DNA of 59,686 bases, from IMG/VR virus record IMGVR_UViG_3300042888_001691, one strand, 5' to 3'. This DNA comes from an uncultured virus (IMG/VR IMGVR_UViG_3300042888_001691) (Duplodnaviria; Heunggongvirae; Uroviricota; Caudoviricetes). Positions 1 to 10,988 of this stretch are shown one piece after another (the stretch's first letter is position 1; every line of letters begins with the position of its first letter). The notes beneath the pieces are model-generated. The model searched no databases, was not told the origin of the DNA, and saw nothing but the letters and a program-made list of their open reading frames with translations. The position numbers and the translations under genes are program-made.

Positions 1-1619
<1,619 letters not shown>

Positions 1620-1630
1620 ATTAATTACTT

Positions 1631-2161
1631 ATGTCGCATACACTACTTTTGAATAAAGATTATACACCAATTTCAGTGCTGCCATTGAGCGTTATTGATT
1701 GGCGCCATGCTATCAAACTCATGTATCTAGGTCGCATACAAGTGATTGAAACTTACCCAGATTGGATTATACACAGTGAAAAACTTGCTATAAATGTGCC
1801 CAGTGTGGCTGTTACCCAAGAATACTTTAATTTCAAACGTCGGGTAAACTTCACACGCTACAACATGTACCTGCGTGATTTATACCAATGTCAATACTGC
1901 GAAGATACTTTTGATTTTGATAGTTTGACCATTGATCATGTTGTTCCCATGAGCCAGGGCGGTAAGACTGAGTGGACCAACTGTGTGACTAGCTGCAAAG
2001 CCTGTAATTGGCGTAAAGCAGATAAGAGTTTCATGAAGCCCGTTCGTGCTCCATATCGCCCGGACTATTGGGCGCTGGCCGCTGCCTGGAAGCATAGTCC
2101 ATTTAGAGTTAAAGATCCCAAGTGGAATCAGTACTTGGGTAGAGATCGGGCTGCTGCTTAG
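1631..2161 (+). CDS. HNH endonuclease (McrA-like, zinc-binding)
   Basis: RDLYQCQYC...LTIDHVVPMSQGGKTEWTNCVTSCKACNWRK. Confidence 0.9.
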   Translation: MSHTLLLNKDYTPISVLPLSVIDWRHAIKLMYLGRIQVIETYPDWIIHSEKLAINVPSVAVTQEYFNFKRRVNFTRYNMYLRDLYQCQYCEDTFDFDSLTIDHVVPMSQGGKTEWTNCVTSCKACNWRKADKSFMKPVRAPYRPDYWALAAAWKHSPFRVKDPKWNQYLGRDRAAA

Positions 2162-2367
2162 ATTGGTTGCTCACCAGTCAAATAAGGCTTAGAGAACCAC
2201 AACTTAAACCATTCATCAGTTCCAGGGCGAATATCATGTTTTTTCATGAGTTCGCCTTTTTCATTTCCAGTAACTGAAATATTGCTACCAGCGAATCCTT
2301 TATACTCTTGCATTACTGCACGATTACCAATGCCGGCCAATAGTTTGAGTTGTTGTATATCGTCCAT
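2158..2367 (-). CDS. Small hypothetical phage protein with an N-terminal LKLLAGI motif
   Basis: GGAG Shine-Dalgarno upstream; motif shared with neighbouring putative head proteins. Confidence 0.7.
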   Translation of the reverse strand: MDDIQQLKLLAGIGNRAVMQEYKGFAGSNISVTGNEKGELMKKHDIRPGTDEWFKLWFSKPYLTGEQPI

Positions 2368-2435
2368 TAGTGTTCTCCGTAAGGCACTACTGGACGATCA
2401 TTGTCGGGCGTGTCTGGACCGGTCAGTTGCACCAT
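2367..2435 (-). CDS. Possible 22-aa micro-ORF (MVQLTGPDTPDNDRPVVPYGEH)
   Basis: Fills the gap between genes; its ATG overlaps the end of the upstream nuclease gene and its TAA overlaps the next ATG (TAATG). Confidence 0.4.
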   Translation of the reverse strand: MVQLTGPDTPDNDRPVVPYGEH

Positions 2436-2857
2436 GACTGTTTGGCATCACCGTAGTATTCTCTGGCAAAACCGTTGGCAATCAATTGAGCACGTAAGCT
2501 TTTGCCGTTTAGAATGATGTCGCCCAATACACGACCACCAAATTTATCCCACCCGTATAAAATAACTTGTCGCTGTTGGCTGGCATTAATGAGACCTTTA
2601 GTGAAAACGCTGGCAGCTTCTCCACGCTGCTTTTCGCTATCGCATTGGCCACGGAATCCTTTTTCTGGTGTGTCGACTCCGTATACTCGTACCGCAAGTT
2701 CGGGCTTGAGGGGTGCAGGTAGAAAGGGTGCGGCGATAACAACTGTATCGCCATCCGTTACTCTAATGATCTGTGCATCGTAAGTGACACCCTGCGGTGT
2801 TTTTTCTGCTAATGCTAGTACTGGTACTAATAATAGAACGGCTAATAGTTTTTTCAT
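2423..2857 (-). CDS. Thermonuclease (staphylococcal nuclease-like) with N-terminal signal peptide
   Basis: RVTDGDTV, VRVYGVDTPE and DKFGGRVLG SNase motifs; MKKLLAVLLLVPVLALA signal peptide; AAGGA Shine-Dalgarno. Confidence 0.85.
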   Translation of the reverse strand: MKKLLAVLLLVPVLALAEKTPQGVTYDAQIIRVTDGDTVVIAAPFLPAPLKPELAVRVYGVDTPEKGFRGQCDSEKQRGEAASVFTKGLINASQQRQVILYGWDKFGGRVLGDIILNGKSLRAQLIANGFAREYYGDAKQSWCN

Positions 2858-2889
2858 TGATTTTCCTTTGGGTTTATGTATAAATTTTT

Positions 2890-3423
2890 TTACCAGGCTC
2901 TACATGACCAATATCTAGCGCTAGTTCTTGGACCTGGATTGGCACAATTGTGTCTTGCTCTAAAACTCTTACGGCGTTTGGGGTTTGATTTTTTAATGGT
3001 CATATTAGGGTCACCAAAGTTGACTTTGACCACATTGCCTTTGGCATTCTTTACATACACTTTGGACTTTTTAACATCGCCTGCCATGGGTTTACCCAGT
3101 GGCACATTGCGTCCTTGATATTCAGCTTCTTCTAGATCATTGTCAGCACTGACTTCATGATTTATGCCACCGTGTATGGGGCTGATACTATCTCTGGCAG
3201 TGGGCATGTTTGAATCTTCTGTCAGGTACCCAACATGCATTAGTATTTTCATCATGGCGTCGTCTGCTTCAATCACAATACCATCATCTAATACGTCAAC
3301 AACTGTGGTTTCTAGTACCATTTCTTCTCTGGCGATTTCTAATTCAAATACATCACCAGCAACAGGATAGTCCTGTGCTGTTTCAGTTTCAGTTAGATAT
3401 TCGCGGAATGATTTAATATTCAT
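2890..3423 (-). CDS. Putative head-associated protein with a basic C-terminal domain
   Basis: Start reassigned to ATG 3423 (MNIKSFREYLTE, like a T4 capsid-targeting sequence), just after the upstream stop. C-terminus VKVNFGD...RRKSFRARHNC...ARYWSCRAW resembles a domain common in T4-like phages. Confidence 0.65.
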   Translation of the reverse strand: MNIKSFREYLTETETAQDYPVAGDVFELEIAREEMVLETTVVDVLDDGIVIEADDAMMKILMHVGYLTEDSNMPTARDSISPIHGGINHEVSADNDLEEAEYQGRNVPLGKPMAGDVKKSKVYVKNAKGNVVKVNFGDPNMTIKKSNPKRRKSFRARHNCANPGPRTSARYWSCRAW

Positions 3424-3424
3424 A

Positions 3425-5821
3425 TTACCAATCATTTCCAAAATCAGGGTCGTTTGCTTTGGTGTAAGGTTTTTTTACAGCAGGTGCTGCTGGCTTTGCG
3501 GCTTGGCCTGTTGCTGGCATTACACCTTGAACTGCTGGCTTTGCACCTGGCGTGCCTGTCCCTGGCACTGGTGCTGCTGGCATTTGTTCTTTCATTTTAA
3601 CAGAAGGTTTTGGTGTTTGCACATTACGCTTGTCACCAGGAGCAAACGGACTATCAGCTGGTGGTTGAGTTGCACCTTTTGGTGGTGTAACCATCTTACC
3701 AGTCTTTTCATCCCGATATGGTTGCTCAGCTTTTAATACGTCAGTCATTTCTTCGCGGACTAGTATGCTGTCCAATAAACTTTGTAGTTCTTCATCCAAT
3801 GTGACTTCTTCGCCTACCAATGGGTTATCACCTGTGAAACCAGCCACTGGATGTTGTGCTTTTTCACGATTCAAATCGTCGCCTTGACGCAGAATGGAAT
3901 CAATTGAATGATATTCTTGCTCTGGCTGATTGGCATACTCTTCGTCCATCATTTCCTCATCGTGCATCATGCTATTATGCATATCATCGTGTGGTGCACT
4001 GCTAACCATAATAACTTCTGGTTCTGTCATTGCCATGCTATGATCGTTGTCATGTGGTCTCATTCCGGCCATCTTCAACATTTGCAGCAAGGAATCTGCT
4101 TGGTCGCCTTGAGCACTAATGTTTACGCTCCTGGTGCCATCACTGCTCATGTTGGTACTCACGCTCATGGAATCGTGTTGTTTCATACTGCCCATGTCGC
4201 CACATTCAGCCACTTGACTTTCGCTTAGACCAGCTAGTCGTGCCAGTTCAGTTAGTTCATGATCGCCACTGGGTGCATTAAGCATGTCTGCTTGTCTACC
4301 ATAACCGTGCATTTGCATTTCGTCAGCAAATCTATCGCTGACCCATTGGATGGGATCACCATCACGTGCTTTGGCAACGCCATATGGTATTTCGCCGTTG
4401 TCTGAATAATAGTCGTACAGTGCATCGTACAAGTCATTGTCTAGATCATTGCCGGCCAAGAAGTTCTTGGTTTCATGTTTGAACTTTTTAATGATATGCT
4501 CAAGTGCGCTGCCGGCTTCTAGCATGACGCTTTCGCTTACTTTACTTTTGTTGTGAGCTTTCCATGCAGTCGCATATGCAATGCTTTTTTCTTTGTCAGT
4601 CAATTTTCCATCCTTGGCATATCCTGCTTTAACGTGTTTGACTTGGCGTTCTGCTTTGGCACCCGGTGGCGCTTTTTCCTGCATGGGGCGACCACTCAGG
4701 CGCATGAGTTCAGACAGCTCGTTGTCTTCTTCTAATTCTGCATCTTCCGGCAAACGGAATCCACCCTGGGTGAATTTCTCATTGGAACCATCACGGACAG
4801 GACCACTTCTGCTCATTAGCGTACCGTTGCCACTGCTAATTTGACCCGGGCCAGCTGGTAAATTGCCTAGTGTTGATTGATCTTTAGGGGATAGATCCAT
4901 TGATGGTGGTGGTTGACTTGGATTTGTTGTACTAATAGGCCCACCGCCTGCAGGCGCAACATATGGTGCAGGTGTGCTCATAGGTGGTGCTGCTGATCCA
5001 TATGTTGTGACAATAGGACCTCCGCCTTTGGGTGCAGCATATGGTGCAGGTGTGCTAAAGTCTTTGGCACCTGGTCTGACGTCAAGAGTATTCACATTAA
5101 CAGGAATTGATGCAGACGGAGCTGATGGCGGCGATGATGGTCTGCCGTTGGCTGGTGCTCCTAATGTGGGTGAGGCAGTTGGTTTAATAATTTCGATCGG
5201 TCCGGCAAAAGGACTTTTAGGTGCGTCTGCTCTGCCACCAAACACTGTTGCGGCTGGCGGTGGTGGTGTGATGGTTTTTACATCTGCTGCAGGTGGTGGC
5301 GGCGGTGCTACTTTTGGCTGTTCACCTGCTGTGGTGGTATTACTACCAGCTGGTGCACGTTGAGCATTTGCTGCATCTACTTGTGCTTGAGTACTTGCTC
5401 CAACACCACCAGCAACAGGTGGCACTACAGCAGGCTTAGGTGCACCACCGGTTGGCACCGGTAATTTAACAGGGTATGCATTGGTAACCGCTTTGGCACG
5501 CAGATCTTTTTGTGTATCGGAGAAAGATTTATTATCAGGTCCACGAACAGCATTTTTCTCGGCTCTGGCTCCAAGCGCCTTACGCGAGTCTGGGCTAGAG
5601 ATGTTTTTATTAACAAAGTCGGTGACCGACTTTGTTGCTTTACCAGCGGCATCAGTAACTGGCTTCCAGGCGTTGGCAGCCCTGTTTCCAAGATCGCTGA
5701 GTATTCCAGCCTCTGCCTCTACTACATGTTGCTCTTTAGGTAATACGCCTTTAGGACCAGATGGGGTTGCTGATGCCTCATCTATGATGTTACTGTACAG
5801 TCTTAATAATTTTGGATCCAT
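3425..5821 (-). CDS. Large low-complexity protein, putative internal head/prohead core protein
   Basis: 798-aa ORF with Pro/Ala-rich linkers, several xxE|A/S sites and MRLSG/ARLAGL motifs. Confidence 0.6.
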   Translation of the reverse strand: MDPKLLRLYSNIIDEASATPSGPKGVLPKEQHVVEAEAGILSDLGNRAANAWKPVTDAAGKATKSVTDFVNKNISSPDSRKALGARAEKNAVRGPDNKSFSDTQKDLRAKAVTNAYPVKLPVPTGGAPKPAVVPPVAGGVGASTQAQVDAANAQRAPAGSNTTTAGEQPKVAPPPPPAADVKTITPPPPAATVFGGRADAPKSPFAGPIEIIKPTASPTLGAPANGRPSSPPSAPSASIPVNVNTLDVRPGAKDFSTPAPYAAPKGGGPIVTTYGSAAPPMSTPAPYVAPAGGGPISTTNPSQPPPSMDLSPKDQSTLGNLPAGPGQISSGNGTLMSRSGPVRDGSNEKFTQGGFRLPEDAELEEDNELSELMRLSGRPMQEKAPPGAKAERQVKHVKAGYAKDGKLTDKEKSIAYATAWKAHNKSKVSESVMLEAGSALEHIIKKFKHETKNFLAGNDLDNDLYDALYDYYSDNGEIPYGVAKARDGDPIQWVSDRFADEMQMHGYGRQADMLNAPSGDHELTELARLAGLSESQVAECGDMGSMKQHDSMSVSTNMSSDGTRSVNISAQGDQADSLLQMLKMAGMRPHDNDHSMAMTEPEVIMVSSAPHDDMHNSMMHDEEMMDEEYANQPEQEYHSIDSILRQGDDLNREKAQHPVAGFTGDNPLVGEEVTLDEELQSLLDSILVREEMTDVLKAEQPYRDEKTGKMVTPPKGATQPPADSPFAPGDKRNVQTPKPSVKMKEQMPAAPVPGTGTPGAKPAVQGVMPATGQAAKPAAPAVKKPYTKANDPDFGNDW

Positions 5822-5822
5822 T

Positions 5823-7409
5823 TTATTTTCTTCCCGCCAATCTTAAAATATGTTGTAATTCTTCTTTGAGTTTTGCCGCCACTCTGTTTCTAGCATCAGT
5901 TGCTTCTTGATCTACTGCATAAGGAGCAGTACCGGGCTTTGCTGCACCACCCGAGTCATTATTGAACTTTGCCGCTACTCTATCTCTGTCAGCAGTTGCC
6001 TTTGTATCTACTGCATAAAGAGCAGTACTGGGCTTTGCTGCACCACCTGAGTCATTATTGGGCTTTGCTGCTACGTCAGGCACCGGAGTTGATGTTGTTT
6101 TGTTTTGATTTGATTTATTAATGCCCAACAGGCGTTGATCATCACCGGTTGCTGCTCGATCAGACATGGTAGGTGCTCGAGCCTGAGGACCTTCAGTTGA
6201 GCTCGGTGACGGTAAGTTATCTCTTGATGGAGCCGGATTTGGCGCAATCACCAATGGAGTTGGCTTTGGCCCTTGGCCGTCATCGTCCATACCTAGGGCG
6301 GCTCCTATCATGCCGCCACCTGTGGCTGCTATAGCAGCAGTGGTTCCTCTGCCTAACGGCTTACCAGTTTTTTCAGCAGCACCTGCCAGTCTACTAGCTC
6401 TGGTACTGCCTACTGCAGTTCGTTCAGCTGCACTGGCTGCACCTGGGCCACCTTTACGCCAAACTGCTGGCTTACGGTCGCCAATGTTTTTTATATCATC
6501 CAATGACTTGATATCTTTGGGGTTGGCTCTGTTCACATACTTCAATTCACTGTCCACTCCTCGAACCTTGTCAAAGGTTTGTCCACCTTTACGAACAGTG
6601 CTGGCAGGCAAGGCATCCATACCCCCGCCAAGACCGCGTAGCATTTTGCCAAATCTTATAGCAGCATCTGCCTTGCCTTCTGCTATAGCACGATCGTGCA
6701 TTCTTTGGATCATATGAAATTTAGTTTCTTCGAGCTTTTCTAATCTTTTCTTTAGTTGTTTTTTGTTCATAATTTTACTATCTTCTTTTAAATTTGATGC
6801 ATCAGTTGTAGATTTTGTACCTTTGTTTTTATCTACTGCTGTTTTTAATTCTTGGTCTGATGGAAAAAATGATCCTGTACGATACTTATCCCTAACTGCC
6901 TGTGCAGCAACAGCAGGAAGTCCCAATACAGGTACAGCACCAGCTGCTGAAATAGCTGATCCTGTATAATCACCCAGGCTTGCTCTCCTTAGAGCATCGG
7001 CACCTTGATAAACAGTGTTTAGTCCCGGTACTACCTTGGCAATGGTTCCACCTACCTTGGGCAAAAATTGTCCTGCAGCAGCGGCCAGGCCGGTAACACC
7101 TGCCACATCTGCTGTCATACTGTATGGTGTTAAATTCTCTGCATCTTTAGCTGCTGCTGCAACGGCAGCAGTGGGACTAGGCTTGGCCCCACGACCAGAC
7201 TGTGCAGCACCTCCTGATTGCTGTCTGGCTATCTTGCTTAATGTATCGCCTTTTTGAACAGTATAGGTGCCGCCGCCGGGCAGATTGATTTTTTGACCAA
7301 TCTGTATTTTATTTGGATCAGATATTGTACTTTGATTAGCCGCGTAGAGGTCCTGCCATGAACCAGCTTCATTTAATGATGTTATATTTACAATATCTGT
7401 TATTTTCAT
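5823..7409 (-). CDS. LysM-domain protein (permuted LysM), putative internal head protein
   Basis: WQDLYAANQ..ISDPNKIQIGQKINLP followed by YTVQKGDTLSKIA; C-terminal ILRLAGRK; 32-aa tandem duplication near the C-terminus. Confidence 0.7.
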   Translation of the reverse strand: MKITDIVNITSLNEAGSWQDLYAANQSTISDPNKIQIGQKINLPGGGTYTVQKGDTLSKIARQQSGGAAQSGRGAKPSPTAAVAAAAKDAENLTPYSMTADVAGVTGLAAAAGQFLPKVGGTIAKVVPGLNTVYQGADALRRASLGDYTGSAISAAGAVPVLGLPAVAAQAVRDKYRTGSFFPSDQELKTAVDKNKGTKSTTDASNLKEDSKIMNKKQLKKRLEKLEETKFHMIQRMHDRAIAEGKADAAIRFGKMLRGLGGGMDALPASTVRKGGQTFDKVRGVDSELKYVNRANPKDIKSLDDIKNIGDRKPAVWRKGGPGAASAAERTAVGSTRASRLAGAAEKTGKPLGRGTTAAIAATGGGMIGAALGMDDDGQGPKPTPLVIAPNPAPSRDNLPSPSSTEGPQARAPTMSDRAATGDDQRLLGINKSNQNKTTSTPVPDVAAKPNNDSGGAAKPSTALYAVDTKATADRDRVAAKFNNDSGGAAKPGTAPYAVDQEATDARNRVAAKLKEELQHILRLAGRK

Positions 7410-9085
7410 CTTTTACCTGACAGTCGCAAAATATCCTGTATTTCTTTATTTATGGATTCAGGCACTTGCATGCGTTCCTTCTCCTCAGCTGGTACTCTGC
7501 CCACTGTGACTGTATTAATAAACTTGTCCCAAGCACCGTCCGGTTTCCTAACTTCAGGCTCCGTGGGAGTATTGGTCATTGAAAAAGGAGGGATAACATT
7601 AGTTGTTGGTTCTAGTTTCTTCTCAGGCTCTTTGGCTGGTGTTTTTGGCACTACTGATACGGGTTCAATTATTGACCTAGTAGGCATGCGCTGAACGGCA
7701 GCTCGACGAGCCAACAATTCGTCGTTGGACTGTCGTAACGCTTCGTCGGGGGATATACCCATACTACTTTTTGCTTTGGCGTGAGTCCCTGCATAATCTA
7801 CGGGTTGTCCGTATCCTTGTCTGGTTTGCGGAACAAACTTATCACCAACTTTAAATCCTAAAGAAAAGTCGGGCATCTGTACCAATGGTTCCCCATTGGG
7901 CCCACGCATTGGTTTTACTACGTCCGATGATGGTTTCGCTACATCCGATGATGGTTTAGCACCGCCACCTTTAGGCACTCCTGCAATCTTTGTATCTCCG
8001 GTGATACCGCTAATTGCAGCCAATTCGCTTTTCCCAAGTTGTGTACCTGGTGCATATGCAGAACCACCAATTGCTGCAATAACAGCGCGGTGTGCGTCTT
8101 TTTGATTTTTGTAAGTTTTGTTTAGTCCTGCATTTTTTAAATATTGTATTGTCGCTGCTTTTGCAATTTCAGGATCTTTAAGTATCAAATCAGGATCGTT
8201 TAACAATTTTCCATTAAGGCCTAACTGCTTATCTATTTCTGCATACCTGGATTTTCCAGTAAGTTGTATAGGACCGCGACCACGATATTGATATCCGCCT
8301 ATCTTGGAATATGCACGGTCAAAGAATTTTTTGTCATCTTGTTTTAGTGCATTAAGTTCAGTGTCGCTTAGATTTCTAAGTTGTGGTAGTTTTTCTCTGA
8401 TGCGATCATTTCGAGTATTACGATAACTAACTTCGCCAACATTCTTGCCTCCAGATTCTCTAGATATCTTGGCAGCAATGGCTCGTCTGACATAAGGATC
8501 CGGGAAGTGTTGTTCTAACTCCTTGTCAAGGTCAACTTTGTCAGCTTCGGTTACTGCGAACTTTTTTTTTACGCTCTCGTTTTGCTGCTCAGGCCAACTT
8601 TTATATCTTTGTTCAATGCGTCGTTCCATGTCACGAACATAGCTGCCAGAATTAGAGTCTGAGTCAGGTTCAGGCGCCCGCACAGGCTGGTCGTCGCCAT
8701 GAGCAAACTCTTTTTCTGGTTTATTAGAACTAGGTTTAACCGCTTGTGTTGAATCTGTTCTTCCGCTGGGTGTTGTTGCTACTGCGGTGTCGTCATCTTT
8801 AAATGCAGAACTTACTGCAGCACTGCCTAAATTCCAAGCTTGTCTTGCAGTTTTACCTAGCGCATCACCAACTGCAGTAGGCAAATCTTTGTTTGCTCTG
8901 TCTGGATCTTTATAATAATTGTATGCAGTTGCGGCGGCGGCTGTTGATTTAATTGGATTCCTAGCTGCCGCACCAATTATTTTGCTAGCAAGTGGTGCTG
9001 CGGTTTTTGCAGCACCACTACCTTTTTGTAGGAGTTTACCAAGGAGTCCCCACTTGCTCTCATCTATGATTTCTTTAGCTTTCAT
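7406..9085 (-). CDS. GH19 (chitinase/lysozyme-like) muramidase domain protein, putative virion-packaged
   Basis: RESGG (candidate catalytic Glu), YRGRGPIQLTGKSRY and LLNDPDLI GH19 motifs; N-terminal MKAKEIIDE; C-terminal ILRLSGKR. Confidence 0.8.
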   Translation of the reverse strand: MKAKEIIDESKWGLLGKLLQKGSGAAKTAAPLASKIIGAAARNPIKSTAAAATAYNYYKDPDRANKDLPTAVGDALGKTARQAWNLGSAAVSSAFKDDDTAVATTPSGRTDSTQAVKPSSNKPEKEFAHGDDQPVRAPEPDSDSNSGSYVRDMERRIEQRYKSWPEQQNESVKKKFAVTEADKVDLDKELEQHFPDPYVRRAIAAKISRESGGKNVGEVSYRNTRNDRIREKLPQLRNLSDTELNALKQDDKKFFDRAYSKIGGYQYRGRGPIQLTGKSRYAEIDKQLGLNGKLLNDPDLILKDPEIAKAATIQYLKNAGLNKTYKNQKDAHRAVIAAIGGSAYAPGTQLGKSELAAISGITGDTKIAGVPKGGGAKPSSDVAKPSSDVVKPMRGPNGEPLVQMPDFSLGFKVGDKFVPQTRQGYGQPVDYAGTHAKAKSSMGISPDEALRQSNDELLARRAAVQRMPTRSIIEPVSVVPKTPAKEPEKKLEPTTNVIPPFSMTNTPTEPEVRKPDGAWDKFINTVTVGRVPAEEKERMQVPESINKEIQDILRLSGKR

Positions 9086-9834
9086 TATGCAAACCGATCT
9101 TTCTTGGGACGACCACGACCTTTTGGTGTCATATCAACGTCGGCACCCTTGTCTACTGCGTCATAGTCACGCTCGTGTCTGGTACCAGTTGCTGTAGCGG
9201 TTTTCTTACCGTGTGCAGTCTTGCCGTCTCTATCATCCATGCGCTTTTTAGCATCGGCTACTGTAGGGAAACCTTCTTTTTTCTTGTCTTTTCCAGCACG
9301 TAATGCTGCTAAATCATTGGCATCAATCTTGTTGGGTGGTGGACTCATCCGAGCAATTTTCTTTTGACCTGGTGACAACATATCTTCATTGGCTTCACCT
9401 TCGTTAGTTCTACTATAACGAGTCACGGTTTTGTCGCCGGCTTTGGCTTCGTCTTGATCTCCTAGTTTTTTGCCAGATGCTCTGATATTTTTTGCTGCTT
9501 TTGCTGTAGCATCTCTATGTTGTTGTGCGCCTGCTGCAGGACTGTCTTTGTCGTATCTGATCATGTCAGCACCAGGGCCTCGTTGCATTGCAAGACGAGT
9601 ATCTTCTTTGAAGCCCATGTACTTTTCATTTAGTTGTCGTTCAACTTGTGCAATTGCTTCAGCAACAGCACCTTTGCTTTTGGCTTTGGCAGCCGTTTTC
9701 ATTGGCTCTTTGGTATCACCATCTTTGTCCATGTCAAGAAAGTCTGGCTTGGCTTTTTTGCCTTCGGTAAGACTCTGTTTGGGTGTTTCTAGGCTTTGCA
9801 TCTTTTTCAAGATATCATAGATGTTGTTTGACAT
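9085..9834 (-). CDS. Highly charged hypothetical protein, putative internal head protein
   Basis: K/D-rich; KPDFLDMDKDGDTKEPMK EF-hand-like loop; C-terminal AT-hook-like KGRGRPKK. Confidence 0.6.
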   Translation of the reverse strand: MSNNIYDILKKMQSLETPKQSLTEGKKAKPDFLDMDKDGDTKEPMKTAAKAKSKGAVAEAIAQVERQLNEKYMGFKEDTRLAMQRGPGADMIRYDKDSPAAGAQQHRDATAKAAKNIRASGKKLGDQDEAKAGDKTVTRYSRTNEGEANEDMLSPGQKKIARMSPPPNKIDANDLAALRAGKDKKKEGFPTVADAKKRMDDRDGKTAHGKKTATATGTRHERDYDAVDKGADVDMTPKGRGRPKKDRFA

Positions 9835-10460
9835 TATTTTTTTCCTTTACGCATGTCGATAATTTTATTTTGGTTTGATCCCACTGGACTTTTTGTACCT
9901 TGTGGAATCTGATTGGTTGTTTGTGCTGCCGGAGTTCTTTGTGATGCTCTGGTTTTGACCAGCTCGTCGTTTGATTTGAGTGCTGTCATCTTGGGCGACT
10001 GTGCATCAAGTTCTTTCAGCATGCTGTCTTTGCGCCGATCGCCTACTAGGTCTTGTGCGCCAGCAACATCTTTGAGTTCACCATCCAACAGTAATGCACC
10101 TTCATGATCTTTACCATAAGCTTCTGCGTAATCATTCTGATCTGCTTGTTGTTTGCCGTACACACAAACCCATTCTGCTTGCATGCCTGTACGCTCGCGC
10201 AACAGTTGTGCAATTTGTACAGCAGTAGTTGGATATGCCACCGTGGCTTCAAACTGCCAGCATTCGCATGCGCCCCATTTTGGAAATTCTCTGTGCTCCA
10301 TGACAGGAAGACTTTTTGCCTTGGTAATACTTACTAGTTCGTAAGCATCCAGTGCATTTTTAATTTCTTCCATTACATCGTTGGGGTTTTGTTTGGCAAC
10401 CTTGATACGGAATTCGTATGGTTGATTTCTGCTGGCAATGTATTCGTGTAAACTTTTCAT
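9834..10460 (-). CDS. Hypothetical phage protein (head region)
   Basis: Start reassigned to ATG 10460 (MKSLHEYI), which has an AGGA Shine-Dalgarno and TAAATA at 10483-10488 upstream. Confidence 0.65.
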   Translation of the reverse strand: MKSLHEYIASRNQPYEFRIKVAKQNPNDVMEEIKNALDAYELVSITKAKSLPVMEHREFPKWGACECWQFEATVAYPTTAVQIAQLLRERTGMQAEWVCVYGKQQADQNDYAEAYGKDHEGALLLDGELKDVAGAQDLVGDRRKDSMLKELDAQSPKMTALKSNDELVKTRASQRTPAAQTTNQIPQGTKSPVGSNQNKIIDMRKGKK

Positions 10461-10485
10461 AGGTGTAATCCTGTTTATAGAGTAT

Positions 10486-10980
10486 TTATGTGTTTTTGTT
10501 CTTTTGAAGAATCTGTTCCAGCAGTGCATTGCGATCTAGCACTATGCCTTGACCGTCTACCGCTCGGCTGCCAGGATCATCCTTGCTCATTTGATGATCC
10601 AGTCTGGCTTTTTGCAACTGTAGTGCTACCATACGCAGTTTCTTGTCCATTTTGGCTGTTTTGGCTGTGATGGCATGACCTAGCAATGTGCCTGCAGTTT
10701 GAAATACCACGCCACCAAATCTGGGATCCATGTTCATTCCCAACGACATGAGATCTTCAAAATTTGTTTTGGCCAACAGAGCCAATTCGTCCATTTCTGC
10801 ATCGCTGGCTTCTAGGTCACGCACAGTAGGCAATGCCAAATCAATTTTATCAATGGCCTCATCAACTTTGGCCATTATGTCTTTGTTGTCTTGTATGGTC
10901 TGAAATGCTTCATTGGTTTCTGCTGTGGCATCAACCGGCAGATCAGGCAGGTCAAACAGTTCGGCTAGTTTTTTAGTCAT
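10486..10980 (-). CDS. Probable terminase small subunit-like helical protein
   Basis: Size, helical pattern and DLMSLGMNMDPRFGGVVFQTA resemble the T4 gp16-type core. Assignment is from memory of the family and is uncertain. Confidence 0.45.
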   Translation of the reverse strand: MTKKLAELFDLPDLPVDATAETNEAFQTIQDNKDIMAKVDEAIDKIDLALPTVRDLEASDAEMDELALLAKTNFEDLMSLGMNMDPRFGGVVFQTAGTLLGHAITAKTAKMDKKLRMVALQLQKARLDHQMSKDDPGSRAVDGQGIVLDRNALLEQILQKNKNT

Positions 10981-10988
10981 GCACGTAT

